Origin: an uncultured virus (IMG/VR IMGVR_UViG_3300034082_004432)
Lineage: Duplodnaviria; Heunggongvirae; Uroviricota; Caudoviricetes
DNA: 59,334 nt
IMG/VR virus record: IMGVR_UViG_3300034082_004432
Coordinates: 62,001 to 121,334 of that record
Direction: 5' to 3' (one strand)
The translations under genes were made by a program, and so were the position numbers. The notes below the pieces were generated by a model. That model did no database searches. It saw only the letters and a list, made by a program, of their open reading frames with translations, and was not told the DNA's origin. Within the stretch, counting starts at the first letter, position 1. Each line of letters starts with the position of its first letter. This document shows positions 42,463-53,367 of the stretch, one piece after another.

Positions 42463-45400
42463 CTAATCTTTTGCTATTAAGTATTCTACTTTGAATTTCA
42501 TGTTTCTTACTTGCCCGTTTAAAGTAATATTGTTTGCTGAAAGAGCTGTTGTACTTGGAGTTTTTATTGCAATTCCAAAACTTTTGCTCTTTGCAGTTTG
42601 ATCAATTCCCAAAGTTGCTCCACCAAGATATACAGCATTATCATATCCTGAAGTCAGTGGTTGCCAAGTTTCAGGAGATGAATTATATAATTGGAAATTA
42701 GCAGTATCAATCCAATCAATATTGTCTGTACCTAAGTTATAAGCAGTTGTTTGAGTGTTTGTAATTGTACTAGGAATTGGTAATTTTATTCTGAAATTTT
42801 TGTCAGCATTTGTTGTTCCATATCCGACTTGTATAGACAATTGAGGCAACAATTCTGCACTATTGTCTAAGTCAGTAGCTCTAGTCCAAATGTTAGATGA
42901 GCCTATCGATGAAACTACGTAAACACCATTTGTTGTTTTATTAGTTTGATCTTTTACCAAAATTCTGTCATATTTTTGCAAAATAACTTCGTCTACTTTG
43001 CTTGGAGGATTTGTCAATGAAATCTCCGATGTTGTTGCTACTTTTGCATTTGTTAGATATGAATTGGTATTTACTTTTACCCAATATAAATTTGTAGAAT
43101 CCATAGTAGGAGTTCCGCTTTCATTGTACACAAGCGCATAAGTTCCTGTCGTAGCATTTCCACTTGATACAATTACTCTTTTATTAATTGATATTTCAGA
43201 TGAATTATCCAAAAGCTCATGTCTATTCAAATAGTTTGTCACAACTTCATCAATGACATAAATTCCATTTTGCAAATTATCACTTTGATTTTTTACTAAC
43301 AATCTATCTCCCTTTTGTGAATTAGGGATATTAAGATTGGAATTCAATGTCAAGTTTGATGTGCTAGCAAATGAACAAGCTGTGAAATTACTAATTAGTC
43401 CTTGCTGGAACCACTGTATATTGTCAGAGCCTACAGATGTATTTGAGGGATTATAATAAAGTTCGTAGTTGATATTTCTATTTGAATCATTTACGTACAA
43501 ACTTGCAATTTGAAATTCTGTTGTTGAAGTTCCATTGCCAACTCTTATCAAATTAGGCTCAGTTTTTTTGTTAATTCTTGCTACAATATTTTCAGAGCTA
43601 GTTGTTTGATTGATGAACAATACTTTGTCATTTTGTAAAGTTGACACTCCATTGATTACATCTGGCAATGCTTGTAAATTAGCAAAGTTTGTATGGCCCA
43701 ATCCGGCTACATCAATTACATGTTCAGCCCCTACACTTCGCCAGAACAATGGTGTGTTTAATGCTGAGGCACCAAGGTTATAAGCAGTTGAGTCTTCGGG
43801 AAGATTTAATTCGTATGTCCTGTTGTTGTATACCACTCTTCCAAGCGCATATAATTCATTAGTGGCATCCAAGTCTGCCGTTCTTGATAACACAAACTTG
43901 TTGTTAAGAACGGCTGTGTATATTCCATTTTTTGTACTATCAGATTGAAATTTGATTGCAACTTTATCGCCAACTTGTATATTGTAGCCATCTATCATAG
44001 CTGTAGCACCAGACCCAGACGGAGCTCCCATAGGACCAATTACAGGGATATATGTAATATCATTGAAATTTGGAATATTGCCAGTATTTCCTACTGCAGC
44101 TGCAAAAGTAGTCCTAGTGCTTACATCAATCCAAGATCTAGCTGAAGTATTTATATTTGTGCTTAAAGGATCAAAATACAAACAGAATGTTCCGAATCCA
44201 GCTGAATTTGAAAGCCTTACTGTGGTTGGATAAAGTGAAGATCCAAAAGCTGAACTATAAGCCATTGTTACTTCTTGTATTTCTGATCTCTTAAAGGTGT
44301 AAAGTTTTTGATCACGCTTACCAGCTTTGTTATGTGTGACTAATCTATTGATATCATCGTAATATGTTGTAGTTAAAGTTGAATCAATGGTGGCATCTGA
44401 ATAATCTGATGTAGTTTTATTTTTCAAAACTAATACATTTGTGTTTGCAGAAAGTCCTAGTCCAGAATACCAGGATGTTAATGCAATTCCAGATGGTTGA
44501 TAAGCTTTTTCTAGATAAACATCACCAGTAAAAAGCCCAATTGAATTCAAAGTTACAGGATCTGTAAAATTACCACTAAATGTAGAGCTATTTCCTAGTC
44601 CAGTTTGAATATAATATCCGTCTTGTGATAGCCTACTCGTCAAGAAATAATCAGTGACAGATTCATTTTCAACAATAATATTAGCATTGGATGCATAATT
44701 ATTGCTTGAGTTGAATGAAGAAATCCAAGAACTTCTATCTCTGTTGTATTTGACTTCTGAAGTTGTGGCTGTTCCAATAATATTTACAATTTGGAAGTTT
44801 TGTGAATCAACATTCCAAGATCCTGATAATTTTGGATTAGGTGAAAGCAAGAATAATTTATCACGTAATACTTGAGGAATGTAATAATATCTATTTAATG
44901 TTTGTTTTGGATTTTCGTCATATTTTGGAACAGTTGAATCTTTGTAAAGATAGGCATACAATGTACCTGTCCAGCTTGAACCTGAAGTATTTAAGATCCC
45001 ATTTTTTGCATCTACGGTGAAATCAGTGCTATAAGTCTTTGAAATTACAGTTCCACCAGTTGAAACAACAAAGACATCTATTAAGGCATCTGGATAATTA
45101 GATGTAGACCATGTGTAAACATCACTAGTTGATTCTGGTCTTGCAAGATAAATTGTATTTCCAAATGAAGATGAGTGTCTTACTAAATTTTTGGCATGAT
45201 CAAGATGGCCATTTATTGAATTGTATTTTATTTTTCTTAAGTAATAATTGAAGTTTGCGTCAATACTTACAATTTGATAAATTCCACTTGTTGATTTTCG
45301 TACAGTGGAGTTATATTCATCCTCACTGCTGACATAATAAAATACTCTGTCATTGATTTCATATGGATACTGTATTGAGTCGCCACTTATATTGCTATAA

Positions 45401-48288
45401 AGTTGCACACCATTTCTTCTGACAAGTAAGATATCTGAAGTTACTGAATCTAAAGTAACATCTGCAGCAAGAATATGTTGTATCGGCGCTAATCTTGGGA
45501 AATTCGCTACATCTAATTGATTGGCATTTAGTCTAATTTCTGAACCTTGATAAAAAACTTCACTTCCGGTATGTAAATATTTGTCTAAATCAGATGTGGC
45601 ATAATCGCTTCCAAAAGTACCCTGCCTAATTCCAACTTCTGATTGCATGTAAACTTTGTCATAAGAAAAAGTTGTGCCAACTCCCATATAGCCATAATCA
45701 ATTTTGACCAAAGTAGGCCTTTCATATGGAGATGCTAATGATTTTTGATCTGTTCCAAGGGTAAACTTAGAATTATAATAAAAATCTTCGTGTGGTGTAA
45801 AATATACGCTTCCAATGCCAGTAAATGTTGGCCTGTAAATTCCATTAGAGATACTTGATGATGAATATCCAGTGCCGACAAAAACAATTACGCTATCATT
45901 TACATCAAGTAAAGTAACTCCGCTGCCACTAGAGCTTCTTATCAAGCTCGAAATTGCAGTTCCTGATGTTGTAGGTATGCTGGTCGAAGAATTGACCATA
46001 AATACTGCTTTGACATTATACTTTTGATAATCTTGCTCATACCAATCAAAATCTAATTCTTGAAGAATTGAACTACCTTTGCCTTCGGTGCTAAAGTAGT
46101 TTTCATAATTTTGAAATGATGGGAAAAGAATTTCAGGAACAAATATTTCGCCATAATGTGTTGAAGCAATGGACGCTATTTGCATAATTCCTGATATTTG
46201 TTTTTTTAAATTTGGTGATACTGCATAAGTACCATTGTTGTTGTTAGACAAGATATTTGTAAAAATATTTTGAGTCCACGATGATAAACTATTATCATAT
46301 TTGAAAACTTGTTTAGTTGAAGCTCCAATTGCTGTTACTGAATAAACTCCATTTACCAACTCGTTACTTGTATTTACAAGAACAGATGTACCAATTGCAA
46401 CAGGAACATCAAAATTTGTTGGCGATAAATAAGTAGAATCAAATTTATCTACAGTTGTTGAAGCAGTCACAAATAAATTATTTTGATTTGTGATATTGAC
46501 CCAAGTAACACCTATTGAACCTGCTGCAGTTTGAGTTCCAGGGGCATACAAGAAATAAGTAGTACCAGCCCCTGTAGTACCGTTTGTTATTGTGGTAATA
46601 CTTCCACGTAAAACTGAATAATCAGTTGAAAATTCAAGTCCAAGTACAGTATCACAAACTGAAGCAACTCTATAAATTCCATTCTGTGATGGATATGCCG
46701 TTTGACCTGATACCAGTACTCTTTGTGATATTGCTATTCCTGAATTTACAAAATCAACTTGGCTTACATTTGTTAAGTCAGTTTGATTTGTAATAATCAA
46801 ATTAGTTACAGGTTCATAGGTATAAGGATAAAATCTTTCTTGAATATTAATTCCATCAAAATTAAGCTTAAACGTTGAGTTGTAAGTTGTAGATTTACCC
46901 AAGAACCAAACATTTCCGCCAAGACTATTTTTAGAATTCACTGCATAAACTATATTTTGATTTATTTCAGATGGTTCATTAAAATCAGAAGCTCTTACCC
47001 ACAATCCAGTACTTCCAAAACCTACATTTGAAACTGTGTAAATTCCGCTGTAATTATTGTTGTAATGCTTGACAAGTATTCTGTTTGATGTAGATAATGT
47101 TGTTGCAACACCTGAGTAATTTGTAATCGTTCTAGGTGTGCTAGTTAGTGTTCCGGTGTTTGATCCGAAATCAAAGCTGAAGCCTATTGCACTTCCAGTT
47201 GTAACTTCATAATAATAATCAACATTAGAATGACCATAATTATATGTAGCATCTGTCCATTTCATAGACGCTGTTGAAGCTATTCCACCTGTAAGACCAA
47301 TAGCTGAATAGTATCTAAAATAACCTCCACTTTTTGCAACACCAGCATTAACAAATTGAACGTTTACTGGCAAATTTGCATTAATATAATTTATTGCAGT
47401 TTTCCAAAAATCATCAGCTGTTTCAGTGCTAGTGTATGGATCTATAAGTGAAGAAGAATTTGGTTTTGTTAAACTTGAAACGTAATAAATACCGTTTTGT
47501 GATTTTGTGGTTTGATCTTTGACGAGTACTCTATTATTTAAAGATAAAGTAAAATTGTCTAAAACCAAAGATGAATTTGTTAATCCAGTAGATGATTGCT
47601 GTAAATTTGAGGTCGTAGCACAATTTACAGCAGCTAATGCATATCTGTTTGTTCTGTCAACCCAAATAAAGGAAGTTGAACCTGCAGATGCTGTTTCAAA
47701 AGGATTTAAGTATGGACTGTAAAGATAATATGAAGATGTTCCTACTCCTACGATCTTTGCTGCTGTAAGTACATCTTCTGCTACTATTGCCCCTACAGTC
47801 CCACTACCGACTTGTGAAGATACTCTGTAAAGTCCATTTTGAAATGCTGATGATTGAGATCTTACAAGAACTACTTTTGAACTGTCTAATTTAACTCCAT
47901 CAATATATGTAGAAGCAAATAGTACACTTGTTCCACCAATTGTTGCTGAAGATAAATTAGACACTGTTCCAACGTCAGCATTTAGTTTATTGATTATGAA
48001 TGAATCAAATAGTGTAAATCTTATATCAAAACCTAGATCTTGAAGTAATTTAATATTATCAGTATTTTTAACTACTGGATAATGCTGGTTAGTATAAATG
48101 TCCGCAAACTCATTGTCAATCCAAAGTCTGATGTCATCAACATTTGTGTTTATCCATTTTAATCTGAATAATTTTTTATTCCAAGTGCCAGATATGTTAG
48201 TACCAAATCCAGCACTTGAAATTTCTCTATAAATTTCAGATTGTGAATTATCAGCGTTTACTTCAGACCAAATGAAAGCGTGGGACAT
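42463..48288 (-). CDS. Long fibre protein (1941 aa) with about 10 tandem tail-fibre repeats
   Basis: Repeated (D/N)(R/K)(V/I)LVK.Q....NG(I/V)Y units, several followed by (W/L).R..D.(D/N). Confidence 0.8.
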   Translation of the reverse strand: MSHAFIWSEVNADNSQSEIYREISSAGFGTNISGTWNKKLFRLKWINTNVDDIRLWIDNEFADIYTNQHYPVVKNTDNIKLLQDLGFDIRFTLFDSFIINKLNADVGTVSNLSSATIGGTSVLFASTYIDGVKLDSSKVVLVRSQSSAFQNGLYRVSSQVGSGTVGAIVAEDVLTAAKIVGVGTSSYYLYSPYLNPFETASAGSTSFIWVDRTNRYALAAVNCATTSNLQQSSTGLTNSSLVLDNFTLSLNNRVLVKDQTTKSQNGIYYVSSLTKPNSSSLIDPYTSTETADDFWKTAINYINANLPVNVQFVNAGVAKSGGYFRYYSAIGLTGGIASTASMKWTDATYNYGHSNVDYYYEVTTGSAIGFSFDFGSNTGTLTSTPRTITNYSGVATTLSTSNRILVKHYNNNYSGIYTVSNVGFGSTGLWVRASDFNEPSEINQNIVYAVNSKNSLGGNVWFLGKSTTYNSTFKLNFDGINIQERFYPYTYEPVTNLIITNQTDLTNVSQVDFVNSGIAISQRVLVSGQTAYPSQNGIYRVASVCDTVLGLEFSTDYSVLRGSITTITNGTTGAGTTYFLYAPGTQTAAGSIGVTWVNITNQNNLFVTASTTVDKFDSTYLSPTNFDVPVAIGTSVLVNTSNELVNGVYSVTAIGASTKQVFKYDNSLSSWTQNIFTNILSNNNNGTYAVSPNLKKQISGIMQIASIASTHYGEIFVPEILFPSFQNYENYFSTEGKGSSILQELDFDWYEQDYQKYNVKAVFMVNSSTSIPTTSGTAISSLIRSSSGSGVTLLDVNDSVIVFVGTGYSSSSISNGIYRPTFTGIGSVYFTPHEDFYYNSKFTLGTDQKSLASPYERPTLVKIDYGYMGVGTTFSYDKVYMQSEVGIRQGTFGSDYATSDLDKYLHTGSEVFYQGSEIRLNANQLDVANFPRLAPIQHILAADVTLDSVTSDILLVRRNGVQLYSNISGDSIQYPYEINDRVFYYVSSEDEYNSTVRKSTSGIYQIVSIDANFNYYLRKIKYNSINGHLDHAKNLVRHSSSFGNTIYLARPESTSDVYTWSTSNYPDALIDVFVVSTGGTVISKTYSTDFTVDAKNGILNTSGSSWTGTLYAYLYKDSTVPKYDENPKQTLNRYYYIPQVLRDKLFLLSPNPKLSGSWNVDSQNFQIVNIIGTATTSEVKYNRDRSSWISSFNSSNNYASNANIIVENESVTDYFLTSRLSQDGYYIQTGLGNSSTFSGNFTDPVTLNSIGLFTGDVYLEKAYQPSGIALTSWYSGLGLSANTNVLVLKNKTTSDYSDATIDSTLTTTYYDDINRLVTHNKAGKRDQKLYTFKRSEIQEVTMAYSSAFGSSLYPTTVRLSNSAGFGTFCLYFDPLSTNINTSARSWIDVSTRTTFAAAVGNTGNIPNFNDITYIPVIGPMGAPSGSGATAMIDGYNIQVGDKVAIKFQSDSTKNGIYTAVLNNKFVLSRTADLDATNELYALGRVVYNNRTYELNLPEDSTAYNLGASALNTPLFWRSVGAEHVIDVAGLGHTNFANLQALPDVINGVSTLQNDKVLFINQTTSSENIVARINKKTEPNLIRVGNGTSTTEFQIASLYVNDSNRNINYELYYNPSNTSVGSDNIQWFQQGLISNFTACSFASTSNLTLNSNLNIPNSQKGDRLLVKNQSDNLQNGIYVIDEVVTNYLNRHELLDNSSEISINKRVIVSSGNATTGTYALVYNESGTPTMDSTNLYWVKVNTNSYLTNAKVATTSEISLTNPPSKVDEVILQKYDRILVKDQTNKTTNGVYVVSSIGSSNIWTRATDLDNSAELLPQLSIQVGYGTTNADKNFRIKLPIPSTITNTQTTAYNLGTDNIDWIDTANFQLYNSSPETWQPLTSGYDNAVYLGGATLGIDQTAKSKSFGIAIKTPSTTALSANNITLNGQVRNMKFKVEYLIAKD

Positions 48289-48302
48289 TTATACTACCAA
48301 TA

Positions 48303-49670
48303 CTAATTTCTTCTAGCTTCTGGTCTATTGAAAATTTCACTAGCTACAGCAGCTAATTCAGATCTTTCGACCTTGCTCAATGTGACAGATGCAACGAGAT
48401 CACTTTTCTTACCACCAGATATAGCATGAGAAAGGCCATTGGATTTAGCGTCAAGATAAGGATTTTCGACCTGTGAAAGATCGCCAAGAAGGATGACTTT
48501 ACTGTCTTTTCCGCATCTTTCTACTACCATCCTTGCTTCTCTAGGTGAAATATTTTCAGCTTCATCAAGAATAATGATAGATCTTGGGATGGAACGGCCT
48601 TGAATGAACGCCATAGCTTCTACTTCAATGATTCCATCTCTAACCATTTCTTCAAACATATTGTTTGCAGAAAGAGACTTAGATCCTAATATTTGATCGA
48701 TATTGTCTTTGATTGGACCAAGCCATGCTGAAATCTTATCAAATTTATCTCCAGGAAGAGCACCAATATCTTTACCACCAACTGGAATCAAAGGCTTCAT
48801 AACAACAATTTTGTCATAAATACCTTCATTTATCATTTGTAATGCAGCAGCCAAAGCTAAGAATGATTTACCTGTACCTGCTGGGCCAGAAAGAGTGACA
48901 AGAGCAATTGTCAAGTCAGCTAAAATTTCTAAAGCACATTTTTGTTCTAAGTTTTTACCTTGAACTCCAGAATACCCTCTAGTCTCTTTTGCGTTAGATT
49001 TTTCTTTTAGAACCTTGAAAATACCTCTCTTATAAAGAGTTGGGCAAATATTTTCTCCGTAATGGAATAAAATGAATTCATTTGGATATATGTCGCCAAG
49101 TTTATTAATTGTATCTTCGGATAATTTTTTAAGTTCAATTTCGTTATCAGACCATAGATAGTTCCAATCTTCTTGATTGGTAAGTTCAAATTTTCTTAAA
49201 CCAGTGTAAATTTCATCAGAAAGTTGATCTGCTCTATAATTTTCAGCTGCACAGCCCCAAGTAATAGCACGAATTCTTAATCCGGTATCTTTTGTAATAA
49301 TTGCAACCTTTTTTCTAGGATTTGCTGACTTAAGAGCCAAGCAACATTCTATAATTGCATTATCAGAGTGGACTTTAACAATATTAGGTCTTTCATTTTT
49401 TTGTAAAGGAGACTCTGTATTGTAGACAAACAATCTTCCTCCAAGCTCATTGATCTTTACGCCTTTGAGAAGATCTTGAAGAGAGTAGTGTTCTAAATTT
49501 CTAAATACTTGTCTGGCTGACCATCCAACATTTTCTTTTCTTGTCTTGATGTCGTCCAAATCATCGATGACAGCTAATGGGATATAAATATCATTGTCAC
49601 CGAATTTGTAAAGAGCAAGGGGATCGTGAAGTAAGACACAAGTGTCGATGATGTAAATATGCTTTGCCAA
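48303..49670 (-). CDS. phoH: PIN-PhoH fusion (PhoH2/YlaK-type RNase plus ATPase)
   Basis: IIDTCVLLHDP, SDNAII, ITKDTGLRIRA (PIN); GPAGTGKS, IGALPG, IILDEAEN, GDLSQ (PhoH). TTG start with GAGGAG RBS. Confidence 0.9.
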   Translation of the reverse strand: MAKHIYIIDTCVLLHDPLALYKFGDNDIYIPLAVIDDLDDIKTRKENVGWSARQVFRNLEHYSLQDLLKGVKINELGGRLFVYNTESPLQKNERPNIVKVHSDNAIIECCLALKSANPRKKVAIITKDTGLRIRAITWGCAAENYRADQLSDEIYTGLRKFELTNQEDWNYLWSDNEIELKKLSEDTINKLGDIYPNEFILFHYGENICPTLYKRGIFKVLKEKSNAKETRGYSGVQGKNLEQKCALEILADLTIALVTLSGPAGTGKSFLALAAALQMINEGIYDKIVVMKPLIPVGGKDIGALPGDKFDKISAWLGPIKDNIDQILGSKSLSANNMFEEMVRDGIIEVEAMAFIQGRSIPRSIIILDEAENISPREARMVVERCGKDSKVILLGDLSQVENPYLDAKSNGLSHAISGGKKSDLVASVTLSKVERSELAAVASEIFNRPEARRN

Positions 49671-49745
49671 ATTATTGGTCTCCTCGCATTTTTGTTGATT
49701 TTGTAATCACAATGTTGTTTTCTTTTTTATGCTGATTCAGCCCTA

Positions 49746-50735
49746 CTATAAAGGCAATTCAGGCTTGGCTGATTTTTTAAAAACAGGTCTAGATTTGTCT
49801 ATATTCTCAAGAAATTCTGCAGCTTGTTCGTCATTGTTATAAATGAATTTTCTAATGTTTAATATTTCTGAAAGTTTATTTTTATCAAACTCTTTCATTG
49901 ATTCACTATCCATCATCATTGCTTGATTGACGTTTACTTTTGCTTTCAACTCACCAGTATTGTATTTTCGCAAATCTTCTAATAATTTATGTTCAATATA
50001 ATCATTTGCAGTAGATAGATTTGTAGTTTCTAATAAATCCAAATCACTATACGCAGCTTTTGTTATATTGCCATTGATAAGTTTTTTTCCATCAGGAGAT
50101 ACAACAGCATTTTCTTCTCTTAGGAAATATAAATTTGCTTTTGGTATACAAATATAAATTTTAAATGGAAGTGCTTTGTCAACATCTTCATTTGTTGTTA
50201 ATCTTAATACTTCATTCTCATCATTAACTATTGAAATTACAAGTTTAGTTTTGTCATGGTCTTTTATAACAAAATCCCATTCATAATTGTGTTCGTTTGA
50301 AGATGGAAAGAATGCTGGAACAATATTTAAGTTATTCTTAATCTCGCATAATTTTAAGAACAAACTGAACCCAATGGTATCTTCTGGAGTACCTTTGCGG
50401 TATGTACCTACTTTGGTCCAGTCTACTTTAAAATTTTCGTTTTCATCAGATACAATATATTCTTCGAAAAACCCTTGATCATAAATTTTTTTAAGCAAAG
50501 GATCTTCCAAAATTCTTCTAGCTCGCACAATGTCTAAAAATTGTTCACTGGACCCACCAAAATCAGGATGACATTTTCTTGCTTTAATTCTAAAAGCTTT
50601 TTCTAAAACTTCTGATGTTTTGATAATTTCTGATCTTGATTTACCTGTTGGGAGGTCCTCTTTTACCAATCCCAAAATAAAATAGTAATCTTTATTAAAA
50701 TCTATTATTTTTTTAGGGTCAAATTCATTGGACAT
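49746..50735 (-). CDS. Class III J-domain protein with unknown C-terminal domain
   Basis: DYYFILG..KAFRIKARKCHPDFGGS.EQF..I..A..IL.DP..KKIYD. Confidence 0.8.
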   Translation of the reverse strand: MSNEFDPKKIIDFNKDYYFILGLVKEDLPTGKSRSEIIKTSEVLEKAFRIKARKCHPDFGGSSEQFLDIVRARRILEDPLLKKIYDQGFFEEYIVSDENENFKVDWTKVGTYRKGTPEDTIGFSLFLKLCEIKNNLNIVPAFFPSSNEHNYEWDFVIKDHDKTKLVISIVNDENEVLRLTTNEDVDKALPFKIYICIPKANLYFLREENAVVSPDGKKLINGNITKAAYSDLDLLETTNLSTANDYIEHKLLEDLRKYNTGELKAKVNVNQAMMMDSESMKEFDKNKLSEILNIRKFIYNNDEQAAEFLENIDKSRPVFKKSAKPELPL

Positions 50736-50775
50736 ATACCTTTTATAAAGGATTTAGTAATTTGGAGATTTATTG

Positions 50776-51729
50776 ATGAAATATCTTACGTTGGCAAAAC
50801 TAGCTAATAAACTTGATAAGCTTGGTTCTTATTCAAAAGCAGATGAAATTACAAATACCCTTATAAAAATATCTCAAAAAGAATTACCTTTTGACATAAC
50901 TGAAGGAGAAACATATAACGATCCTGACACAGTTATGAAATACTTTACAGGTTTTGCTTTTGACATGTATACAAAGAATAAAAACATTTCAAAAAAACGA
51001 ATTGAGATGGAAGTTAAGAAAAAACTTCAAGACAAAATACAAGACATGAAACTTGAAGATAAGGAAAAATATAAAAATTTTGATTTAGAAGTTATGAAAA
51101 ATCTAGAAAATCAATCATGGTACAAAGATTTAAATGAAACTCAAGATTTTGAAATGCAAGATGAATCTGTTAAATTTGATCCAAATAGTAGTGGTTTCAA
51201 GAATGCAATCAAATATATCCTAAATGTTGAAGGCGGATACAGTGACTATAATTCAAGCACTGGAGATCCAAGAACAAACTTAGGAATAATCCAAAGTGAG
51301 TATGACGAGTACAGATCTGATAAAGGTTTGGAAAAACAAAGCGTTCGTAATATTACCGTAGATGAAGCTAAAGAGATATACTTTGATAATTATTGGGTGC
51401 CAACAAAAAGTGAAACTATTTATAAAAGTTTCCCAAAAACTGCTATTGCGATCTTTGATTTTGCTGTAAATTCAGGATTATCTGGCGCTTCATCATTGGT
51501 TGCTAAAACACTAGATATTCAAAATACAAGATTTGACAATAATATGGTCAATCAGATAATGATGGCAGCTGGAACAATTGGTGATTCTCAGTTAGTTAGC
51601 AACTTAATTCAAAAAAGACGTATCAATTATCAAGATATTATCAAGAGAAAACCACAAAAATCAGTTTATGGCCCAGGTTGGCAGAATAGAATGAATAAAT
51701 TAGAAAATTTTACTGAAGACGACAAATAA
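50776..51729 (+). CDS. GH108-family lysozyme with a ~130-aa N-terminal extension
   Basis: ILNVEGGYSD, DPRTNLGI, AKEIYFDNYW, IFDFAVNSG, GWQNRM. Start ATG 50776 behind GGAG. Confidence 0.88.
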   Translation: MKYLTLAKLANKLDKLGSYSKADEITNTLIKISQKELPFDITEGETYNDPDTVMKYFTGFAFDMYTKNKNISKKRIEMEVKKKLQDKIQDMKLEDKEKYKNFDLEVMKNLENQSWYKDLNETQDFEMQDESVKFDPNSSGFKNAIKYILNVEGGYSDYNSSTGDPRTNLGIIQSEYDEYRSDKGLEKQSVRNITVDEAKEIYFDNYWVPTKSETIYKSFPKTAIAIFDFAVNSGLSGASSLVAKTLDIQNTRFDNNMVNQIMMAAGTIGDSQLVSNLIQKRRINYQDIIKRKPQKSVYGPGWQNRMNKLENFTEDDK

Positions 51730-51730
51730 C

Positions 51731-52228
51731 ATGTGGTATAAATTTGCTAAGAAATATAACATGTTTGGATTGCCAATTTCTGGTGACTTAAAATTTAATT
51801 TATTTGCTGATGAAGATGCAGATGAATCAACTGTAGAAGAAACACCTTTGGAAATTCCTGACACTGAGCTTCCAGAAGAAAGAGATGAACAATTAGGTGA
51901 GAATGAAGGCCCACCAAATCCTCTTGAAATTACAGTAGAAGATCCTTCTGGTGATGATAATTTTACAACAGAAGACTTGCAAGAAAATGTTGAAAAAATA
52001 GAAAACGATCCTACAGCAATGATACAATTGCCACCATTACATGATCGTTGCCATTGTAGAATTGAAACTTTCCCAATTTTATCTATTCCTGGCGTAAGAG
52101 ATGGTAAAAGAGTTTGGCAGAAGTCTGAAAATTGTTGCCCAAAATGCTATGAAACAGCTGTAAAATTCAATGAAGCTGAAGTGCAGAGATTACTAAATAA
52201 AGGAATTGATCTTAATAGAATATCCTGA
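51731..52228 (+). CDS. Acidic protein with MuF/head-morphogenesis-like Cys/His motifs
   Basis: LPPLHDRCHCRI resembles the PPxHxNCRC motif; W..SENCCPKC follows it. Confidence 0.55.
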   Translation: MWYKFAKKYNMFGLPISGDLKFNLFADEDADESTVEETPLEIPDTELPEERDEQLGENEGPPNPLEITVEDPSGDDNFTTEDLQENVEKIENDPTAMIQLPPLHDRCHCRIETFPILSIPGVRDGKRVWQKSENCCPKCYETAVKFNEAEVQRLLNKGIDLNRIS

Positions 52229-52765
52229 TAAATCTATATCAATCTTTTTGTTTAATATTTTTTTATTGGGATTCTTAACCAATTTCAGATTTGCTAGCAG
52301 TCTGTTTTTTAAGTCAATACGCAAATCAGATTTCATGATTTCTTTTGCAATTAAAGATTTTATTTTAAATAAATCAATTTCAATGTGTAGCAAGTTGTAA
52401 AAAATTTTCTCTTCTATAGCTTCAAAAGTGCTTGAATTATGCTTTGCTTCTTGAATTGAAAGACATTCAAATAAGTTAGAAACAAAATATTTAATAGTAT
52501 TATATTTTTGCAGATTCATAATTGATAGATCGTGTAATTCGTTTAAATTAAACAAATAATCAATGTCCCCAATTAATTGAAATAAATTACCGTCAGCATC
52601 AATTATATAAAAAGCAATAATTTTATTGTTTTGTATTATTGATATAACTGGTTGCCCAGACCTCAAACCAATAAACATAATTTTAGAAATATTAGACGGA
52701 TTACTGATTCCAAGCATATGGACATCATCTTCTTTTCTGCGAACAAAAGTTAAATATGCTTTCAT
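52193..52765 (-). CDS. Hypothetical protein (very AT-rich)
   Basis: 190-aa ORF, ATGA-coupled to the upstream gene; 36-bp convergent overlap with 51731..52228. Confidence 0.65.
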   Translation of the reverse strand: MKAYLTFVRRKEDDVHMLGISNPSNISKIMFIGLRSGQPVISIIQNNKIIAFYIIDADGNLFQLIGDIDYLFNLNELHDLSIMNLQKYNTIKYFVSNLFECLSIQEAKHNSSTFEAIEEKIFYNLLHIEIDLFKIKSLIAKEIMKSDLRIDLKNRLLANLKLVKNPNKKILNKKIDIDLSGYSIKINSFI

Positions 52766-53364
52766 TTAATGATCAAATGTTCAATCAAAGTAGATTCTTT
52801 GTAGTTTGCAGAATGACCCCAAATATTTATCCAATAGTCAATTATTTTATTTTTTCTGGATAATGTAAAACAAGTTTCATAAATTTGATGTTCAATATTT
52901 GCTTCTGACAAAAGATAATTTGCATATTTATTTCTTGAATTGTAAATATTCAAAATATTACTTGAAAAATAATTTTGATTACATAAAATAAAATTATGTA
53001 AATCATCTTTGTCAAATGGATTTAGTCTCAATTTGTCATACACAACAGTAAGTTGCAAATCTTCAAAAATTTCTTCAATCAAGCTTATCAACTGAAGTTT
53101 TTTATTTTTAGGCAAGAGAAATAAATCTATTGGTTTTAAATTAATTTTTCTTATGTTATTTTCATTTATTTTCTTCATTTCTGAAGGATTTAAATTTTGA
53201 CATGAAAATAACTGTTCTTCATAAGACTCATGATTTTCAAAACTAATCCAATAATGTACAGGGTGTTCAAACAAAAATGCTCTCAAACTAATAATAATTT
53301 CCAATCTATCGTTTTGAGAGCATTGATTTACCTTATTGGAAATTTCAATTAATGTATTCAACAC
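52762..53364 (-). CDS. Hypothetical protein (very AT-rich)
   Basis: 200-aa ORF in a minus-strand operon. Confidence 0.65.
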   Translation of the reverse strand: MLNTLIEISNKVNQCSQNDRLEIIISLRAFLFEHPVHYWISFENHESYEEQLFSCQNLNPSEMKKINENNIRKINLKPIDLFLLPKNKKLQLISLIEEIFEDLQLTVVYDKLRLNPFDKDDLHNFILCNQNYFSSNILNIYNSRNKYANYLLSEANIEHQIYETCFTLSRKNKIIDYWINIWGHSANYKESTLIEHLIIK

Positions 53365-53367
53365 TCA

